Positions 17,239 to 27,068 of a stretch of 64,000 nt of DNA are shown here, piece after piece. Position 1 is the first letter of the stretch. Every line of letters begins with the position of its first letter. The notes below the pieces were generated by a model. The model ran no database searches, was not told the DNA's origin, and saw only the letters and a program-made list of their open reading frames with translations. The translations under genes and the position numbers were made by a program. This DNA comes from a virus (taxonomy: Duplodnaviria; Caudoviricetes): positions 1 to 64,000 of IMG/VR virus record IMGVR_UViG_3300020138_000006. One strand, 5' to 3'.

Positions 17239-18092
17239 TGACCGAGTCCATCGCAGAGATCAGGAACCGGCTCCGTCGCAGCCAGCAGTCGGTTCGGGTG
17301 GCTCCTGTCGCGCCCGTGTCGACGGCGAGCCCTGCGCCGGTCTCTGCGGTAGCGCAGGCAGAGACGCACTCCTCCGCGTTCGCGATCGAGGATGCGGGCA
17401 AGACGATCATCGCGACCGCTGTCGAGATGTCGTCGGCCCAGAGCTCCGACTTCTACCTGGACTTCCGGGGTCGCCTCGTCGAGGCCGAACGGGCCAACGG
17501 GAACGGTGCGTTCTGGACGCAGGGCGATCTGCAGTTCGGCCTTCCGAGTGTCGCCTATGGGCCGCTCAACTGGGGGCACGATCCGAAGGCGGTCGTCGGC
17601 ACGCTCCTCGACCCGTACCTGGTCTCGGCCGAGCAGGCTGCGGCATCCGGCCTGGGCCCTCACATCCAGACCGGCGCCCGGTTCTGGTCGTATCTCGACC
17701 CGAGCAAGGCGAACGCTCTCCGTTCGTTCATCGAGCAGGGCAGGGCGTGGCTCTCGATGGAGTGCATCGCGCAGGGCGTGGAGTGCGTCGGGCCCAACGG
17801 CTGCGGTCGCATGAACGACTACATCGCGGCGACGAACCGCACGAAGGACGCGTGCGAGCATGTCCGCGAGCGCTCGTCGTGGCGTCGCATGTTCAACCCC
17901 GTCTTCCAGGGTGCCGCCGTGATCGTTCCGCCGCAGCGCCCGGGCTGGGCGAACGCGGAGATCACCGAGGTGGTGCAGCAGGCGGAGCGTCAGCTGGAGG
18001 CGGCTTCGGCGCCGATCGATGGCTTGTCTGACGAGGACGCGGTCGCGATGGTGACGTCGATCCTACAGTGGTCGCGCCGCTCTCAGGCGTGA
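17235..18092 (+). CDS. Capsid maturation protease (putative)
   Basis: PLNWGHD..VVG and WLSMEC His/Ser motifs; synteny. Confidence 0.6.
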   Translation: MMTESIAEIRNRLRRSQQSVRVAPVAPVSTASPAPVSAVAQAETHSSAFAIEDAGKTIIATAVEMSSAQSSDFYLDFRGRLVEAERANGNGAFWTQGDLQFGLPSVAYGPLNWGHDPKAVVGTLLDPYLVSAEQAAASGLGPHIQTGARFWSYLDPSKANALRSFIEQGRAWLSMECIAQGVECVGPNGCGRMNDYIAATNRTKDACEHVRERSSWRRMFNPVFQGAAVIVPPQRPGWANAEITEVVQQAERQLEAASAPIDGLSDEDAVAMVTSILQWSRRSQA

Positions 18093-18096
18093 TGCG

Positions 18097-18117
18097 TTCT
18101 CCCCGCTAGCGCAAATC
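18097..18117. promoter_or_regulatory. Palindromic motif copy upstream of scaffold/capsid genes
   Basis: TTCTCCCCGCTAGCGCAAATC. Confidence 0.6.
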
Positions 18118-18210
18118 GCAACACCTTCTTGCCGGTTCTCCAGAACCCTGTCGAGTGCTCCTCGCGAAGGCCCGTGGGCCTGAACTTCCAGACACGAGGA
18201 GGAATGGCTC

Positions 18211-18762
18211 ATGGCGATGCCCGAGCTGGCCGTCCCGCGAGAGACGGCGTCTGCTGCGCCTCGGGAGGTGGCTGAGGAGCGCACCTTCAAGGAGGACGAG
18301 CTCACGGCGATCCTCGCGGATCGCGTGGCCCGAGAGACCGCATCGAAGGACGAGGAGATCTCGGCCCTGAAGGCCAAGGTCGAGTCGCTGGAGACCGAGA
18401 AGTCGGAGCTTCAGACGAAGCTCGACGTCGAGGTCGCTCGCGCCGAGAAGGCGGAGAAGGACTTCGAGGACCACAAGGCCGAGGAGGCCCGCAAGGTCGA
18501 GGTCGCCGCTCGCAAGGACGAGCGCGTCAAGAAGGTGCGTGAGGTGGCCAGCCACCTGAAGCCGGAGTTCTTCTCCGACGAGCGTGCCGAGCGTTGGGCC
18601 GCGATGGAGACCGCCGCATTCGACGGCTACATCGCCGATCTGAAGGACGCCTCCGGCAGCAAGACCGGCGCGTCCCGTGAGACCGCCGAGCAGACCGCGA
18701 TGGGCGGCGCGACGCCGGAGCCGATCTCCGGCGCCAAGTTCTACGACTTCCTGGAGGGCTGA
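18211..18762 (+). CDS. Scaffolding protein (putative)
   Basis: Highly charged coiled coil upstream of the capsid genes; RBS GAGGAGG. Confidence 0.7.
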   Translation: MAMPELAVPRETASAAPREVAEERTFKEDELTAILADRVARETASKDEEISALKAKVESLETEKSELQTKLDVEVARAEKAEKDFEDHKAEEARKVEVAARKDERVKKVREVASHLKPEFFSDERAERWAAMETAAFDGYIADLKDASGSKTGASRETAEQTAMGGATPEPISGAKFYDFLEG

Positions 18763-18763
18763 C

Positions 18764-19276
18764 GTGAGCGACTACGGGCTCAACTTCGGTTTCCGCCGCG
18801 ACGAGCCCTCCGTCAAGGAGGGCCGCTACCGCGTCCCGGCATCGGGCGACTTCCGCATCGGTGACCTCGTCACCGTCGACTTCACGAACCCCGGCTTCGT
18901 CACGAAGGCGGCAGCGAACGCGCGCTTCGAGGGCGGGGTCACGGGCCTCCTGATCCAGGAGGAGGGCTGGCACCCCTCGGTGTACGCGGCCCCGATCGTC
19001 GACTCGTTCGGTCGCGGCAAGGCCATCAACGGCCAGCCCGCTGCGATCTACACGGGCGACGGCCTGAAGATCTGGCTCCGCAACACGGGCTCCCAGACCC
19101 GTCCCGACGGCCGCCAGATCAGCTCGGTCACGGTCGTCGACCTCACGAGTGTCGTCCTCGGCGACCTCCTGAAGTGGGACGGCGCCAAGTGGGCGCGGAC
19201 CACGACCGACAGCCAGGGCGCCCTTCGGGTCGTCGGGCTGGAGGACAACTACGTCGAAGCCGTCGTTCGCGGCTGA
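18764..19276 (+). CDS. Capsid decoration/cement protein (putative)
   Basis: Beta-rich gene of about 170 aa directly before the major capsid gene. Confidence 0.55.
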   Translation: MSDYGLNFGFRRDEPSVKEGRYRVPASGDFRIGDLVTVDFTNPGFVTKAAANARFEGGVTGLLIQEEGWHPSVYAAPIVDSFGRGKAINGQPAAIYTGDGLKIWLRNTGSQTRPDGRQISSVTVVDLTSVVLGDLLKWDGAKWARTTTDSQGALRVVGLEDNYVEAVVRG

Positions 19277-19290
19277 GAGAGGGGAACACG

Positions 19291-20256
19291 ATGGCTACTT
19301 CTGTGCTGTCGCGCATGGCATCGATGATGCCGCGACGGGAGTTCGCCTCGCAGCAGCTCCGCGAGCAGTACGAGGCCGCGAAGCGGGCGCTGAACGAGGA
19401 GGCCAAGGAGAACTGGGGCAACCAGACCTGGCACCGCGAGCAGGCCGCGCTCGTCGCGACGAAGATCGACCAGGGGTTCAAGAACGAGAACATCCTCTCG
19501 TCCTACATCCCCACGCAGAACGTCGGCGCGGCCGACCAGGTCTTCATCGAGGAGACCCGCGGGATGAAGGTCTTCTGGACCGCCCGCAACGGTCAGGTCG
19601 ACCAGTCGCAGATCAAGACCGAGTCCTGGGAGATGTCCCGGGAGACGCTCGGCTGGCACGTCTCCGAGTTCGAGGACAACTGGGAGAACGACTACGCCAA
19701 GATGGTCTCGACGCTGGTCAACTTCGCCGGCCAGCGTGAGGTCGCCGAGGTGAACCGTCGGATCTTCACGGCCCTCCAGGAGGCGGTGAGCAGCGCTTCC
19801 CCGTACTACGAGGACGCGTCGTCGACCGGTCTGACGCCGGCCGTGCTCAACCCCCTGCTGTCGGAGGTGGCGGACAACCCGCCCGCGAGCAACGTGGACT
19901 TCGCTCTGCCGCTCGCGATCGTGGGTCGCGCCGCCGCGATCGACCAGATCTCGGACTTCCCGAACTTCGCCAGCGAGGCTCGGGAGGAGATCCGCCTGCG
20001 GGGCCGCCTCGGCGTCTACCGTGCCGCGAACATCGTTCGCGTCACGAACTGGACGGACGAGGAGAACCTGCCGTACATCCCCGACGACGAGGTCTTCATC
20101 CTCGGCGGTGACTACGGCCGGTTCGTGAACTACGGCGGCTCGAAGGTCCGCGTCTGGACCGAGAACGAGACCGAGCACCTTCACCACAAGTCGCGGCGCG
20201 ACGTCGGCGTGGCGATCTTCCGCCCGCAGTACGTCCGCCGGATCAAGGTGGCGTGA
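19291..20256 (+). CDS. Major capsid protein
   Basis: 321 aa; HK97-like layout; followed by a strong terminator. Confidence 0.8.
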   Translation: MATSVLSRMASMMPRREFASQQLREQYEAAKRALNEEAKENWGNQTWHREQAALVATKIDQGFKNENILSSYIPTQNVGAADQVFIEETRGMKVFWTARNGQVDQSQIKTESWEMSRETLGWHVSEFEDNWENDYAKMVSTLVNFAGQREVAEVNRRIFTALQEAVSSASPYYEDASSTGLTPAVLNPLLSEVADNPPASNVDFALPLAIVGRAAAIDQISDFPNFASEAREEIRLRGRLGVYRAANIVRVTNWTDEENLPYIPDDEVFILGGDYGRFVNYGGSKVRVWTENETEHLHHKSRRDVGVAIFRPQYVRRIKVA

Positions 20257-20276
20257 TCGGCCGAGTCGGGTCGTAG

Positions 20277-20312
20277 GCAGGGCCCCTGCACCTTCGGGTG
20301 TGGGGGCCCTGC
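20277..20312 (+). terminator. Intrinsic terminator after the capsid gene
   Basis: GCAGGGCCCC..CAC-CTTCGG-GTG..GGGGCCCTGC stem. Confidence 0.7.
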
Positions 20313-20347
20313 CGTGTCGATCGCAAGGAGCGACGAAGGGAGCCGAC

Positions 20348-20599
20348 ATGGCCAAGTACACGGTGGGCAACACGCCGGTCAACCTGGGCGAGGGCGCCCA
20401 GCTCATCCAGAACCTCGGCACGGGGACTCTCTACATCGGCGGCGCTGACGTTGCCACGACGACCGGTGTGCGCGTCAACGCCGGTGAGGCGCTCGTCGTC
20501 GGTGCCGGTGGAGGCCTGTGCTTCGGCATCTCGGACGGTTCGGCCGACGTCAGGACGCGAGCCGGGGCGCTCGGGATGGTCGCTGTCGCGAGCGCCTGA
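20348..20599 (+). CDS. Small beta-rich virion-associated protein
   Basis: LIQNLGTGTLYIGGADV..GVRVNAGE pattern; RBS AAGGGAG. Confidence 0.65.
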   Translation: MAKYTVGNTPVNLGEGAQLIQNLGTGTLYIGGADVATTTGVRVNAGEALVVGAGGGLCFGISDGSADVRTRAGALGMVAVASA

Positions 20600-20695
20600 G
20601 ACTGCTCACGGATCGACCCTCCGAGTTCTGTGCCCGGGGGGTCGATCTCTGTCTGTAGCGCCACTGGCGCCGGAACTGGGATCTAGGAGGAACAG

Positions 20696-21205
20696 ATGAG
20701 CGAGACCGGGGTCGAGACGACCTACAACGCCTTCGAGGTGGAGACCTGGGAGAAGAACACGCCGGGCGGCGTGTGGATCCTGTCCCTGAACGCTCGGGGT
20801 GACGAGCGACCGAAGCGGATCAAGGGCCCTTCCGGCTACCGCTTCAAGGTGCAGACCCGTGAGCGTGAGGCCAGCGGCGCCCGCTTCGTGTACCCGGCTC
20901 AGGACCCGTTCCTGAATGGCACGTTCAAGCGGGTCGACGTCAAGCCCGAGGCGGTCGTCCAGAAGGTCGAGGGCTACGACGTCGAGAACGCGCTCAGCGA
21001 CGCGGATCTCCTGGCGCTCCTGACGTCGACGGGCAACGCCTTCCAGTCGCGGGTCAAGAAGCTCACGGAGCGCAACGTGCGGCGCCTCGCGGATCTGTTC
21101 GAGGACGACGACAGCCGCGACCTCGCCAAGCGGTCCCAGGTGGACTTCGTGAAGCAGTACATCGCGGAGAACTACGCCAAGAGCGTCGTCATCACCGAGG
21201 ACTGA
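20696..21205 (+). CDS. Hypothetical structural-region protein
   Basis: RBS AGGAGG; 169 aa. Confidence 0.75.
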   Translation: MSETGVETTYNAFEVETWEKNTPGGVWILSLNARGDERPKRIKGPSGYRFKVQTREREASGARFVYPAQDPFLNGTFKRVDVKPEAVVQKVEGYDVENALSDADLLALLTSTGNAFQSRVKKLTERNVRRLADLFEDDDSRDLAKRSQVDFVKQYIAENYAKSVVITED

Positions 21206-21275
21206 CACATCTCCTCGGCCCCGGAGCGGGTCAGCGACTCCGGGGCCGAGGCCCTGCAGGTCGAGTGGAGCGAAC

Positions 21276-21752
21276 ATGACGGACTTCAACGATCTCGTGG
21301 GCTCGTTCCAGCGCGAGGTGGCCCTCCCGGGGTCGTTCGCAACGACGTTCCCCCTGATGACCGACTCTGTCATCGTCGCAACCCTGATGGACGCATTTGC
21401 CGAGGCGCAGCTCGACGGCTTCTTCCACACGATGTCGCTGGACGTGGACAACGAGTCCGTGTCCCCGGACCTGAGCATCGCTGGCGGTGCCCTTGTCGTC
21501 ATCTACGCGGGCATCCGGGTCTTGCGCCAGCAGATCCTCGCGGCAGGCTCGCGGATGGTGGCCAAGGCGGGTCCGGTGGAGTACCAGACGGAGCAGAGCG
21601 CCTCTGTCGCGAAGACGATCCTCGATCAGCTGCTGGCGCGTCGCAAGGAGCTCCTCACCACCACCGCGGCTACGCCGGTCTACCAGATCGACGGATACGC
21701 GGCTCGCGGGCTCGGCGGCTTCGCTGCGTACGAGTTCCCCAGGGGGTACTGA
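21276..21752 (+). CDS. Head-to-tail adaptor (putative)
   Basis: Helical 158 aa; synteny after the capsid genes. Confidence 0.55.
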   Translation: MTDFNDLVGSFQREVALPGSFATTFPLMTDSVIVATLMDAFAEAQLDGFFHTMSLDVDNESVSPDLSIAGGALVVIYAGIRVLRQQILAAGSRMVAKAGPVEYQTEQSASVAKTILDQLLARRKELLTTTAATPVYQIDGYAARGLGGFAAYEFPRGY

Positions 21753-22204
21753 TGGCTCTCACGCTCCCTTCGTTCCCCGCCGCGGCCGTCCGCGAGAACC
21801 TGCGCATCCCGATGCGCATGGGCCTCCCGCAAGACGAGGCCATGTGGCCGGAGTTCGTCACGCTGTCGGTTTCCGCTAGCGGGGAAACCGACAGTCACGG
21901 CGTCCCCTGGGACCCCCGGGAGTCGATCGAGTCGACGAGCACCAGCGTGCGTCCCGTCTGCGCGATGGAGTGGCGTTCTGGCGGTGCGGATACGCACAAC
22001 TTCGGGGTCACCGACGCGGCGGAGATCGTCTTCACACTCCTCGACGAGGAGTGGGCGCAGGTCGAGGGGTTCACCTACGTCAACGTGCGGCCGACCCTCT
22101 CGGGGGACCCGGTGCAGTTCCACTTCGTTCGCGTCCTGCAGGCGCTGAACCTCGACTCGGTCGGCGTGTGGCAGGTGCTCTGCAGCACGGAGGACACGCA
22201 GTGA
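21752..22204 (+). CDS. Head-to-tail stopper (putative)
   Basis: Beta-rich 150 aa; synteny. Confidence 0.5.
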   Translation: MALTLPSFPAAAVRENLRIPMRMGLPQDEAMWPEFVTLSVSASGETDSHGVPWDPRESIESTSTSVRPVCAMEWRSGGADTHNFGVTDAAEIVFTLLDEEWAQVEGFTYVNVRPTLSGDPVQFHFVRVLQALNLDSVGVWQVLCSTEDTQ

Positions 22205-22698
22205 CACGCTTCGCCAGCCGGTACATCAAGCACTCGGTGGTGCAGGCGATCGAGACGTTCCTGGATGAGTTCGGATGGACTGGCACCACGCCGAACTTCG
22301 GCACCACGCCCGTCGCTGTCATCGATCGCGAGCCGTCGAAGGATGATCTCGTCGCGACCGCTGGCAACACCGTGTTCGTCTCGTTCGGCGTCGAGGACGA
22401 CCACCAGGACCTGCAGCTCGGCAGCGGGCTGCTCGAACGAGAGACGGTCTTCTTCGTCGACGTCGTCGGTCGGGACTCTTCAACCGCCCAGCTCATCGCG
22501 GAGGACTTGCGCGATCGAGTGACCGGGATCCGGGGCGGAACCCGCTACCTGCGACCGACCGACCACCAGGGCGCAGAGCTCCCGGGCTACCTGTGCGAGT
22601 TCGTGAACGTCATCATGCACGAGCCTCGTGGCGACCGGAAGAACTGGGTCACCGTGGACGGTGACGTCAGGGTCCAGTTCCCGGGGGAGGAGTCGTGA
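22201..22698 (+). CDS. Tail terminator-like protein (putative)
   Basis: FFVDVVGRDSSTAQLIAEDLRD pattern; GTG 22201. Confidence 0.55.
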   Translation: MTRFASRYIKHSVVQAIETFLDEFGWTGTTPNFGTTPVAVIDREPSKDDLVATAGNTVFVSFGVEDDHQDLQLGSGLLERETVFFVDVVGRDSSTAQLIAEDLRDRVTGIRGGTRYLRPTDHQGAELPGYLCEFVNVIMHEPRGDRKNWVTVDGDVRVQFPGEES

Positions 22699-22955
22699 GC
22701 GACCCCTCGTCGGACCTCCTGACCCGTCAGCGCCGTCGCCTCGTTGCGAGCATCCTCGGCCATGCGGAGCGGGAGTTCTATCCCCAGCTCACGGAGCGTC
22801 AGCGTGAAGCCTTCCGCGAGAAGGTCCTTCAGGCGGCGGCAGCTTTCGGCGACCTAGCCACCGACCTCATCCGCGTCCAGTCGTCCGGCGTGTGGGTCAA
22901 CGACGACGTCCTGGAGATCCTCGCCGAGATCAGCGAGCAGAGCCGGAACCGCTGA
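22695..22955 (+). CDS. Hypothetical protein
   Basis: Overlapping junctions on both sides. Confidence 0.65.
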   Translation: MSDPSSDLLTRQRRRLVASILGHAEREFYPQLTERQREAFREKVLQAAAAFGDLATDLIRVQSSGVWVNDDVLEILAEISEQSRNR

Positions 22956-23728
22956 TGTCTGCGCCCAAGCTTCAGATTCGCTTCCCGCTCGACGACACCG
23001 GTCTGGCGATCTCGCTGTGGGTGTCGTCGACGACGGACAGGGGCTTCTTCGCTCAGCTCCAGAAGACCGAGACGCGCTACTCGTGGAACAGGGTCATGGC
23101 CACGATGCAGAAGTTCTACGCGCAGGCGGCGCAGGAGCTCAACGAGCTCGCGGTGGAGGAGTTCAAGAAGAGCCGCAAGCGGCCGGGCGTGTCGACGAAG
23201 CGCCTAGAGAAGGCGCTTGTGGATCCGCGCAACATGCGCATCCTCCAGGACGGGTACCGTGTCGGGTATGGCCGGTTCATGAAGACGAGTGAGGCGCGCT
23301 ACTGGCGTCAGATCGACGAGGGCACGACGGTCCATGTCGGCCGCCTGCTTCCGGCCGGACTGTGGGGGGCGTCTCTCAACGGCCGTTGGGCGGTGAGTGA
23401 GAAGGGCAACCGCTACGCGCTGACGAAGCCGCCGTATGCCCTGCCGGGAAAGTCGACCGGTGGTAAGTTCCAGCCGCTGTCGACGGCGACCAAGTCAGGC
23501 GTCCGCAGCGCGCGAGCGGAGTGGCGCCGTGACGGGGGCGAGGGGAGGTTCCCTCCTCGGCCGAGGATTCGCCGGGAGATCGAGGCGGAGCACTACTACC
23601 ACCGTGCGTATCTGCGGTGGTCGCGCACAAACCGCCCACTGAACCTGCTCGTCGCCGTCATGCGTGCAGAGTTCCGCTGGACGCAGCCGATCCGCTCGTA
23701 CGACCAGCTGATGGCGGCCCTGACCTAG
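22955..23728 (+). CDS. Neck/tail completion protein, HK97 gp10-like (putative)
   Basis: Basic protein with YWRQIDEGT and HYYHRAY motifs; synteny. Confidence 0.5.
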   Translation: MSAPKLQIRFPLDDTGLAISLWVSSTTDRGFFAQLQKTETRYSWNRVMATMQKFYAQAAQELNELAVEEFKKSRKRPGVSTKRLEKALVDPRNMRILQDGYRVGYGRFMKTSEARYWRQIDEGTTVHVGRLLPAGLWGASLNGRWAVSEKGNRYALTKPPYALPGKSTGGKFQPLSTATKSGVRSARAEWRRDGGEGRFPPRPRIRREIEAEHYYHRAYLRWSRTNRPLNLLVAVMRAEFRWTQPIRSYDQLMAALT

Positions 23729-24216
23729 AGGTTGTGGCTGAACAGGGACTCGGGCACCTGCTGCAGTGCGTCGCGCATCGTCGCGACCCAGTCGGAGATC
23801 TTCTCGCGGCTCTGCGTGGCCAGAGCGTCGCCGATCTTCCAGTCCGCCATGTCGGGATTCGGGCGTTCGGTCCCGTCGCACATCCACGACCATGCTTCGA
23901 CGGTTGCCGCTGCGTCGTGGCGGATCTTCCCGACACCATTCAGGACCGCTGCGGGCGTCGGCTCGTTCAGGCCGTCGAACAGGTCCGCGAGGCGCCTCAT
24001 CGATGGTTCGTTGAAAAGGTCCGGCGCGGCAGGGCTCTCGGTGAGGTACTCGAACAGCGCAGCGTCTTCCACCCTGCCCTGGAGGGCTTGCGACGAGATA
24101 ACCATCTGTGTCTGCTGCCGAAAGATGAAGAGGTCCGTGTACTGGACCTGGCTCACGGCCATGTCCGCCCACCGGGCGACCTCGTGGATGCTCGCGGGGA
24201 CCTCGCGCTCGTTCAT
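23725..24216 (-). CDS. Opposite-strand accessory (moron-like) gene in the structural region
   Basis: Protein-like 163-aa ORF filling the gap between neck and major tail genes; start uncertain (24216 or 24249). Confidence 0.6.
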   Translation of the reverse strand: MNEREVPASIHEVARWADMAVSQVQYTDLFIFRQQTQMVISSQALQGRVEDAALFEYLTESPAAPDLFNEPSMRRLADLFDGLNEPTPAAVLNGVGKIRHDAAATVEAWSWMCDGTERPNPDMADWKIGDALATQSREKISDWVATMRDALQQVPESLFSHNL

Positions 24217-24260
24217 GCCGACATCTTCGTGCGCGAGGGGACGGCACATCAAGGCGTTGC

Positions 24261-24280
24261 GATCTCCGCGCTAGCGCAAA
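24261..24280. promoter_or_regulatory. Palindromic motif copy upstream of the major tail gene
   Basis: GATCTCCGCGCTAGCGCAAA. Confidence 0.65.
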
Positions 24281-24371
24281 GCGCTTGCTGACACGGCTAC
24301 CTCGATGTCGAGTGCACCGGTTGACGACATCGGGCCCGCCCTCGGGCCTAGAGAGGCTTGGAGGTTAGCCC

Positions 24372-25862
24372 GTGGCTCTGAAGGCCGGAAGCCTGGTTAG
24401 CGTCGCCAACGGCGAGGTGCTCCTGGAGCGCCTGCAGTCTGGCGGCCCCGGGACCCTGAACATCCCCAAGGAGAAGATCTACGAGCTCGGCAACTACGAG
24501 TCCGTCGCGACCGTTCGCGACACTCCCGAGCTGACCTTCTCGCTGGAGTCGTACGACGTCTCGCTCGACACCGAGCAGGCCCTCGTCGACGCCACCACCG
24601 CAGACATGCTGCAGAACGGCATCGATCTCGCGAAGTCGAAGCCGCTCAACGTCGCGCAGAACTGGAAGCCGGGCAAGAAGCTCGCCGACCCGTTCCGTGC
24701 GGTCGCTGGCGTCGGGCTGCCGTACCTGACGATCGAGTCGGCGAGCTACCGGTTCGGCGTGCGCGACAACGCGACGCAGACGTTCTCGCTGAAGTCCGAC
24801 TCGATCTACTTCTGTGGGTCGCCGGTCTACATCGACCGCTACCAGGGCTCCGGCGTCGCGGGCCAGACGTGCGTCACCACGCACCCCGGCCTGCCCTACA
24901 CGGACGCCAACGGCACGCGTCGCATCCTCGCTGTCACGGCTGGCCTGAACCGCCTCACCGAGGGCCCCGACTACACGGTCGCGTACGGGACCCTGTCGGA
25001 CAACGCGGCCATCGCGACGGTGACGATCACCCAGGCGGTGCCCGCGACCGAGTCGATCCACATCACCTACCACTCGCCGGACCCGATCGACTACCCGCAG
25101 ACGGTGCACACTCCCGCGACGCTGAAGCCCGCCGCCGTCAAGGGCCGCGACATCGACATCTACGTCGGCGGCTACGACCCGGACGACCCCGTGAGCTCGG
25201 CAGCGAACAAGCTCACCGGCATCCAGGACATCACGATCGAGTGGCGTGTCACGCAGGAGGAGGAGCGTGAGATGGGCAACCCCAACGCCGTCTCGCGCGA
25301 CTTCGACGTGCCGACGGTGTCGGGGACGGTCACGTTCCAGCCCCGCAACGTCAGCGACCTGATGGCCAAGCTCCGCAAGATCACGGGTGTCGTCGACCAG
25401 GACGCCGCGATCGGCCCGGACGTGGCAGCCCTCCTGCCGCTCGACGTCGTCATCAAGGACGCCGAGTCGGGTGGCGCCACGTTGAAGCGCTTCAGCATCC
25501 CGGATGCACGCTTCTCGGTGCCCGGCTACAACCCCCGCGTCGAGCAGAACGTCTCGCTCTCGCTGGAGTGGGAGTCGGACACGGGGGCGATGACGATCTA
25601 CCGCGACCTCGGGGGCCCGGTCGTCACCGGCCTGTCGGCTGCGACCGGCGAGGAGGACGACGAGATCACGATCTCCGGCGTCAACTTCATCGGCGTCACG
25701 GGCGTCAAGTTCGGTGCCACGGCTGCGGCGGACTTCACGGTCGACAACCACCGCCAGATCACGGTCACCGTCCCGGCGGGGACCGGCTCGGTCGACGTCG
25801 CGGTCACGACGGCGATCGGCACCAGCGAGGCGAACGACGACACGGAGTTCACGTACGCCTGA
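24372..25862 (+). CDS. Major tail protein with a C-terminal IPT/TIG domain
   Basis: EKIYELGNYESV tube motif; C-terminal PVVTGLS..GDEITISGVNF..VKFGAT..DNHRQITVTVPAG. Confidence 0.8.
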   Translation: MALKAGSLVSVANGEVLLERLQSGGPGTLNIPKEKIYELGNYESVATVRDTPELTFSLESYDVSLDTEQALVDATTADMLQNGIDLAKSKPLNVAQNWKPGKKLADPFRAVAGVGLPYLTIESASYRFGVRDNATQTFSLKSDSIYFCGSPVYIDRYQGSGVAGQTCVTTHPGLPYTDANGTRRILAVTAGLNRLTEGPDYTVAYGTLSDNAAIATVTITQAVPATESIHITYHSPDPIDYPQTVHTPATLKPAAVKGRDIDIYVGGYDPDDPVSSAANKLTGIQDITIEWRVTQEEEREMGNPNAVSRDFDVPTVSGTVTFQPRNVSDLMAKLRKITGVVDQDAAIGPDVAALLPLDVVIKDAESGGATLKRFSIPDARFSVPGYNPRVEQNVSLSLEWESDTGAMTIYRDLGGPVVTGLSAATGEEDDEITISGVNFIGVTGVKFGATAAADFTVDNHRQITVTVPAGTGSVDVAVTTAIGTSEANDDTEFTYA

Positions 25863-25878
25863 CCTACCGGTCCGGCGT

Positions 25879-25923
25879 GAAGGCCGGTCGAGTGCCTTGC
25901 AAGACGGGCCTCGACCGGCCTTC
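25879..25923 (+). terminator. Terminator hairpin after the major tail gene
   Basis: GAAGGCCGGTCGAG ... CTCGACCGGCCTTC 14-bp stem. Confidence 0.7.
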
Positions 25924-25962
25924 GTCGTAGGAACTGGGTAGTACCGGGATCAGGAGGGCCAG

Positions 25963-26805
25963 ATGGCCAGCAAGGCGCTGCAGCGCATCCAGAAGATCTT
26001 CCAGCGCGGAGAGCTCGTCATCCTGGGCGAGGGCGACGATCGCGTCTTCCTGTGGGTCGCGAAGCTGAACGCGATGGAGAAGGAAGAGGCCAACCTCGAC
26101 GGCCGCTCCGCCCGTGCCATGCGCATGCTCGCGTTCGACCGCTCGGAGGAAGAGCAGGCGTCCCTGCAGATCCTCCTGGAGCGCACCGACGATCGCGAGA
26201 TCATGGAGGCACTCCTCAACCGCAAGGCGCCCGAGCTCTACATGCAGGCTGAGGACGAGATCCGCTCCGAGGACGCGTGGAAGGAGCGCCTGGAGGCGAT
26301 CGACCGCGCGAGTCTCCTCGCAGACCGACCCGCCTCCGAGGAGGAGAAGTCTCTGGCGGTCGACCTGCTCCTGGAGTACCAGCGGGAGATCGAGAAGCGT
26401 CACCGCAAGGCGCTGCAGGCGGAGCGCCGGTCGTTCAACGACATGGACCGTGCCGAGCTGGAGGACGCGTACCGCAAGCAGTGGCGGGAGATGCTCGGCG
26501 CTACCGCCTTCCACGAGGCCAGGCGACAGACGGAACTCTGGCTCTCGCTGCGCGAGTGCACGGTGGACGTCGACGCGGATGGGCCGGTCATGTCGACTCT
26601 CGTCGTGGGGGAGCGGCTTCTGGACGAGCGGGCTGACGTGCTCTCCCTCCCGGACGAGGTCATCGCCCAGGTCGTCGCCGCCTTCGAGCGCGAGATGTCG
26701 GCCCGTGACGCGGGAAACTCGGACGCACCGGCGGCTTCCTCCGTGTCGTCGGTGCAGCGAAGCGTGGAGGAGGACTCGAAGCCCTCTACCCCGACGGAGA
26801 TGTGA
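25963..26805 (+). CDS. Tail assembly chaperone (G)
   Basis: Lies between major tail and tape measure genes; contains a slippery site. Confidence 0.8.
   Translation: MASKALQRIQKIFQRGELVILGEGDDRVFLWVAKLNAMEKEEANLDGRSARAMRMLAFDRSEEEQASLQILLERTDDREIMEALLNRKAPELYMQAEDEIRSEDAWKERLEAIDRASLLADRPASEEEKSLAVDLLLEYQREIEKRHRKALQAERRSFNDMDRAELEDAYRKQWREMLGATAFHEARRQTELWLSLRECTVDVDADGPVMSTLVVGERLLDERADVLSLPDEVIAQVVAAFEREMSARDAGNSDAPAASSVSSVQRSVEEDSKPSTPTEM
26712..26718 (+). other. -1 programmed frameshift site G GGA AAC
   Basis: X XXY YYZ in the chaperone frame; the -1 frame is open from 26712 to 27047. Confidence 0.85.
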
Positions 26806-27047
26806 CCAAGGCCGGTTGGGACCTCATGGAGGCGATCTCCGCCGCGATGGTCGTCCTCGGCTTCTTCGAGTTGCCTGCCGAGGACCAGCCGCCGGAGCAC
26901 TACTGGCATTCGCGCGAGCTCGTCGATGAGTGGTTCGTCTCCGTGAAGGCGCGCTACGAGCGGAAGGCGAAGGGCCTGGAGTCGATCGAGACCTCTGTAA
27001 GCGAAGACGACTTCGTGAACGAGGAAGTGGCCGCGCTGCGCGGCTGA
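26802..27047 (+). CDS. Tail assembly chaperone frameshift extension (T part of GT)
   Basis: In frame with the -1 product starting at 26712. Confidence 0.8.
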   Translation: MTKAGWDLMEAISAAMVVLGFFELPAEDQPPEHYWHSRELVDEWFVSVKARYERKAKGLESIETSVSEDDFVNEEVAALRG

Positions 27048-27068
27048 ACTGGAACGGGGGTCGTTGCC

